DNA of 64,000 nucleotides from a virus: IMG/VR virus record IMGVR_UViG_3300045988_056849; one strand, 5' to 3'. Shown piece by piece: positions 60,618 to 64,000 of this stretch (position 1 is its first letter; each line of letters starts with the position of its first letter). The notes under the pieces were generated by a model. It saw only the letters and a program-made list of their open reading frames with translations, ran no database searches and was not told where the DNA came from. The position numbers and the translations under genes were made by a program.

Positions 60618-61978
60618 TGGCAGAGACTACTCATAATAACAACGATTATATCTTGCTTTATAATAGAGGCAAGAGAATGACCATATCAGACTATATGGAA
60701 AGGAATTACATTTATGGTGTAAGTCCTCAAGAGTTGTTTGACCTCAATAAAGACTTGATATGGCAACAATACACCGAGCTTGATAAGGAAATAGAGAAGG
60801 CTGGAAGCGGTAAGTGGCCAGAGAGTGCTGACGACCTGTCTTTGCAGTCTTGGCTGCCCGCTCCGTGCGTTCTCCGAATAAATCCCAGTAAGGTTACGGC
60901 TGAGTTGGCAATAGCTCAAACAAATGCCCAAGTTAATACGGAGGACTTTTATGCGTTCGCTGCTGATAAGATTCAAGATATATACCAAGATGAAGGTTAT
61001 CGTGTAGCGGATAGCTCCAAACGAAGTCCTGATTGTTCAGTTCTTGGTTGGTTCAAAAGTCTCTATTATGTAGGACTTGATGCACAAGGAAAGAAAACTA
61101 TCAAGATGGAGCGTCAAGACTTTACAGAATTTGCTAATCTGAGCCGACATATAATTTCACTTGCTACTTCGGTAACGTCTAACGGAGGAAGTTTCACAAT
61201 GAGACTTCCAATCATTAGTGCCCGAAGCGAAGGAGTTTCAGTCATATACGAGATACTGAAAGGTGAGAACGGAGAAAAGACCTATGGCGATATGTCGGGG
61301 CAAAAGGGCAATGCTTCTAAGAATGACGCTACATATGAATATGGAGAAAAAGGAGAGTATTATGCTAAATCAAGTTTTGATGATATTGAAGCTAACTATT
61401 TCAATTGGCTGATAAGTTCCAACGACATTCTGTTTATTTCTTTCGAGAAACTTGATATGGAGTTAGTGAAGGATACAGCTGATTGGTATAGCGGAGATGC
61501 GGACAATTTCAAGATAAGTACGAAACTTGCCGAAGGAGTGTATGATATGATTGGTTTGGTAGATGAAGTAAAGGTTGTTACCAATTCTCAATCTTCGGAG
61601 GCATACGTTGAAATCACTGGACGAGACTTGATGAAACTCTTGATTGAGGACGGTTCATTTTTCTTTAATCCTTCCACCACTTCAGACCCAAGCGGAGTAT
61701 TTGCGAACGAACAGAGCTATGGAAAGCAAGGCGATATTCGTGAAGCCGATGTTATGAATAATACCTATAACAATCCAATCAACCGACTTCGGAGGGTAAC
61801 TGGAGAGATTGATATTTTTGCTAATCGTATTAACATGGACATAAGCTATATTCTGAAAGGCGTTATTTCTCAGCTTGCTAACGTAGAAGTAGTGCCAGGA
61901 TATGTCTTTGAAACTTGGGGCGAAGATAGAACGAAGTACATAGAGCTTGAACCAGAAAAGAAGGAAAACAATGGCTAA
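60617..61978 (+). CDS. tail/baseplate protein (distal-tail position)
   Basis: ATG overlaps the tape-measure stop. Position only. Confidence 0.45.
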   Translation: MAETTHNNNDYILLYNRGKRMTISDYMERNYIYGVSPQELFDLNKDLIWQQYTELDKEIEKAGSGKWPESADDLSLQSWLPAPCVLRINPSKVTAELAIAQTNAQVNTEDFYAFAADKIQDIYQDEGYRVADSSKRSPDCSVLGWFKSLYYVGLDAQGKKTIKMERQDFTEFANLSRHIISLATSVTSNGGSFTMRLPIISARSEGVSVIYEILKGENGEKTYGDMSGQKGNASKNDATYEYGEKGEYYAKSSFDDIEANYFNWLISSNDILFISFEKLDMELVKDTADWYSGDADNFKISTKLAEGVYDMIGLVDEVKVVTNSQSSEAYVEITGRDLMKLLIEDGSFFFNPSTTSDPSGVFANEQSYGKQGDIREADVMNNTYNNPINRLRRVTGEIDIFANRINMDISYILKGVISQLANVEVVPGYVFETWGEDRTKYIELEPEKKENNG

Positions 61979-63638
61979 TTATAAAACATTTTATAAAGGT
62001 TTTTTGGAAGGTCAATCGCAACTCATAGTTACGAGCGACTTTGGTAAAAGACACATGGATGGTAAAATCAAAAACCATAATGGTATTGACTTTGGCGTTC
62101 CTGTCGGTACTGTTTTGAAAGCTCCTTTGGGCGGTAAGATTATAACCAAACAAGTTCAGAAGAACGGAGCTGGATTGTACGTTACTATTCAACATCAGGT
62201 TGAGATGGGCGTTTATATCTATATTCTGTTAATGCACCTTCATTCCGTTGATAGTCATATCTACGTGGGTTATCAGATAGCCGAAGGAGAGCGAATTGGA
62301 ACCACGGGAGGAGCGAAAGGAGACCCAAATGCAGGTCATTCTACTGGCCCACACTTACACTTGGAAGTCCGAAAGGGAGGAAATTCAAGCGGTAATGCTG
62401 TTGACCCTAAATATTGGTTTTTAGCAAAAGAACGTTTGGTATCAAAAAAGACTGGAAAGATACTTAATTATGGAGACCCATCTTGGTTAAGTTTCCCTGA
62501 TAGTGAAACCAAAACTCAAACAGCTTACAAGTATTCAGCTCATTCTGATATAACCGTTCCCGATGCTACAGAATATACTCCGAAGAAACAACCAAGACAG
62601 AATACAGTAGCAAAAGAAAGGTTAGCACCTGGTGTATGGCAAATAACAAAACTTTTGGTTGATAGTTCGGTTGCTGATAAGCAAGTTCTTGATTCAGGAA
62701 TTTCAACCCAGCAAGGCTCTTTATTGAATTTCTTCCGAAAGGTATGTCAGGAGCCGTTGGTGGAGTTTATGGGAGATACATTTGGTAACCAATATTATTG
62801 GATTGTTCGTAAACCGCCATTTGATAAAGAGAGTTTCACAAAGATGATTGACCTCACTTTGATAACTCTTGATGAAGCGGATATATTAACAACCGACCTT
62901 ACTTGGAACAATCAAGGAATATACTCATGGTATCAATATGTACCTTATGCCGACTTGCTTGGCATTCGAGAAGCCAACTTGTTTATGCCTGCGGTGTTCT
63001 TCCCAGAGTTTGCCGCTGTTTGGGGGAGCAGACCACTTTGTGTAGAAAGTAATTATTTCAACTTTGCTTTCTCTGGACGTTTTAACTCCGATAAATCGGA
63101 AAACTCTCAGAACGGTGATAGAATTATACGCAATGCTGTACGTGATTTTAAGTTTCTTGTTGAAAGTAATGCTTATAACGCCTTCACCCGAAGAGGAACG
63201 ATAACACTGATTGGAGACAGACGCATCAAAAGAGGTACGGTCATAATGCTTCCGACTTCGGGTGAGATATTCTACGTGGATGCTGTTACGAATACATATG
63301 ACGTAACAACGCAAGGTGTGAGCAGAATGACTACCTTGCAAGTGTCCAAAGGAATGTACCCTGCTTATATATACGGCAAAGAGATAGGATTGAAGAAATT
63401 CAGTTACTTTGATATCATAGACTTCGGAGAAGATTTTGACATTGAAAAGATAACCGCTGATAATTGGAAGGACTATATTTCAAAGTGGAAAGTGAATGTC
63501 GACAATTTCGGCTTCTTTATGTCTAAGCAACAATTGTATTGGGAAAACATCAATAATTATCGTATGATGGCAACTGGTAATAATTCATTTGAAGTAACTA
63601 TTACCAAAGAAGTTACTGTAACAGGCAAAAAGAAATAG
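61971..63638 (+). CDS. tail-associated peptidoglycan hydrolase: N-terminal M23 metallopeptidase domain on a baseplate/hub-sized protein
   Basis: HNGIDFGVPVGTVLKAPLGG (HxxxD) and GPHLHLEV (HxH). Start at ATG 61971, overlapping the upstream stop by 8 nt. Confidence 0.75.
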   Translation: MANYKTFYKGFLEGQSQLIVTSDFGKRHMDGKIKNHNGIDFGVPVGTVLKAPLGGKIITKQVQKNGAGLYVTIQHQVEMGVYIYILLMHLHSVDSHIYVGYQIAEGERIGTTGGAKGDPNAGHSTGPHLHLEVRKGGNSSGNAVDPKYWFLAKERLVSKKTGKILNYGDPSWLSFPDSETKTQTAYKYSAHSDITVPDATEYTPKKQPRQNTVAKERLAPGVWQITKLLVDSSVADKQVLDSGISTQQGSLLNFFRKVCQEPLVEFMGDTFGNQYYWIVRKPPFDKESFTKMIDLTLITLDEADILTTDLTWNNQGIYSWYQYVPYADLLGIREANLFMPAVFFPEFAAVWGSRPLCVESNYFNFAFSGRFNSDKSENSQNGDRIIRNAVRDFKFLVESNAYNAFTRRGTITLIGDRRIKRGTVIMLPTSGEIFYVDAVTNTYDVTTQGVSRMTTLQVSKGMYPAYIYGKEIGLKKFSYFDIIDFGEDFDIEKITADNWKDYISKWKVNVDNFGFFMSKQQLYWENINNYRMMATGNNSFEVTITKEVTVTGKKK

Positions 63639-63640
63639 TT

Positions 63641-64000
63641 ATGGAAGAAGATGTAATTGGCATAAGAAATTTGGACACTGGTATCGGTTCAGCTGGGGTA
63701 GGCTTCGTTGTCGTACCTTCGGAGGTTGACCGAGTTCAATATATAAATGATTGCTACCGCACTAACACCCTAACGATAAACGGAGGGAAGGGATATGGAT
63801 ATTTCAGTGGCGTACATGCTGATATAAACGTAATGCAGTGCATAAAGTTCCCGACTGATGAAGAGAATAGAGGAACACCAGTGGTATGGGTTAAAGATGC
63901 TGTGTCTCAACTTCCTGTTATCGTAGCAGCATTGAGACGGCAAGGTGAATACTATTCTTTGGATGAAAATCAATACAGATTAAAACGAGGAACGGAAACA
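63641..64000 (+). CDS. 5' part of a baseplate-region gene running off the window end
   Basis: ATG 63641, 3 nt after the previous stop. 120 codons without a stop to the window edge. Confidence 0.55.
   Translation, partial: MEEDVIGIRNLDTGIGSAGVGFVVVPSEVDRVQYINDCYRTNTLTINGGKGYGYFSGVHADINVMQCIKFPTDEENRGTPVVWVKDAVSQLPVIVAALRRQGEYYSLDENQYRLKRGTET

Noticed and set aside
1-64000. Assignment to crAss-like phages, and presence of a lysogeny module
   Set aside because: A Bacteroidota-type promoter and SD-less leaders suggested a crAss-like phage. However, the window encodes a sheath, tube and tape-measure set (contractile tail), has no giant RNAP-like gene, and shows no divergent strand organisation. 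No integrase, excisionase, CI-like repressor or att-like repeat was seen, so no temperate or mobile-island call is made.

Overview
The window reads as one uninterrupted stretch of a tailed dsDNA phage genome with contractile-tail (myovirus-type) structural genes. Every credible gene is on the + strand. Genes are tightly packed (many ATGA or few-nt junctions). There are no Shine-Dalgarno sequences, leaders are A-rich, and intergenic promoters of the form TTTG-N19-TACCTTCG recur. Together these point to a Bacteroidota host (inference). Layout: 0-9.7 kb holds early/accessory genes (ECF-like sigma factor candidate, SF1 helicase, SLOG-like protein, stand-alone Pnk-like kinase). 9.7-14.4 kb holds two promoter-headed operons (wHTH/H1-like protein, small membrane proteins and lipoproteins). 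14.37-14.70 kb is a 330-bp non-coding hub with a structured element and repeats. 14.7-29.5 kb holds DNA and nucleotide metabolism genes (HU, DnaQ-like exonuclease, TerL, dUTPase, ferritin-like protein, class II RNR, a second SF1 helicase, a GIY-YIG homing endonuclease, FEN). 29.9-32.1 kb holds an aGPT-Pplase-like gene plus an FkbM methyltransferase, a candidate thymidine hypermodification pair. 33.8-64 kb is the morphogenesis region: portal, fibre-like protein and MuF-like protein; then an enzyme island (PIG-L deacetylase + GT4 glycosyltransferase, a P-loop ATPase, a kinase-like/ART-like multidomain protein) and a GH108 lysin; then protease-scaffold, major capsid and neck proteins; then sheath, tube, chaperone pair, tape measure and an M23-peptidase tail/baseplate protein. 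I saw no tRNA, rRNA, CRISPR array, integrase or transposase. A strand-specific 10-mer (ACAGTTATAG, 7 exact copies) and a family of hairpin terminators punctuate the operons. All functional calls are motif recognition by eye from the supplied translations, not database searches.
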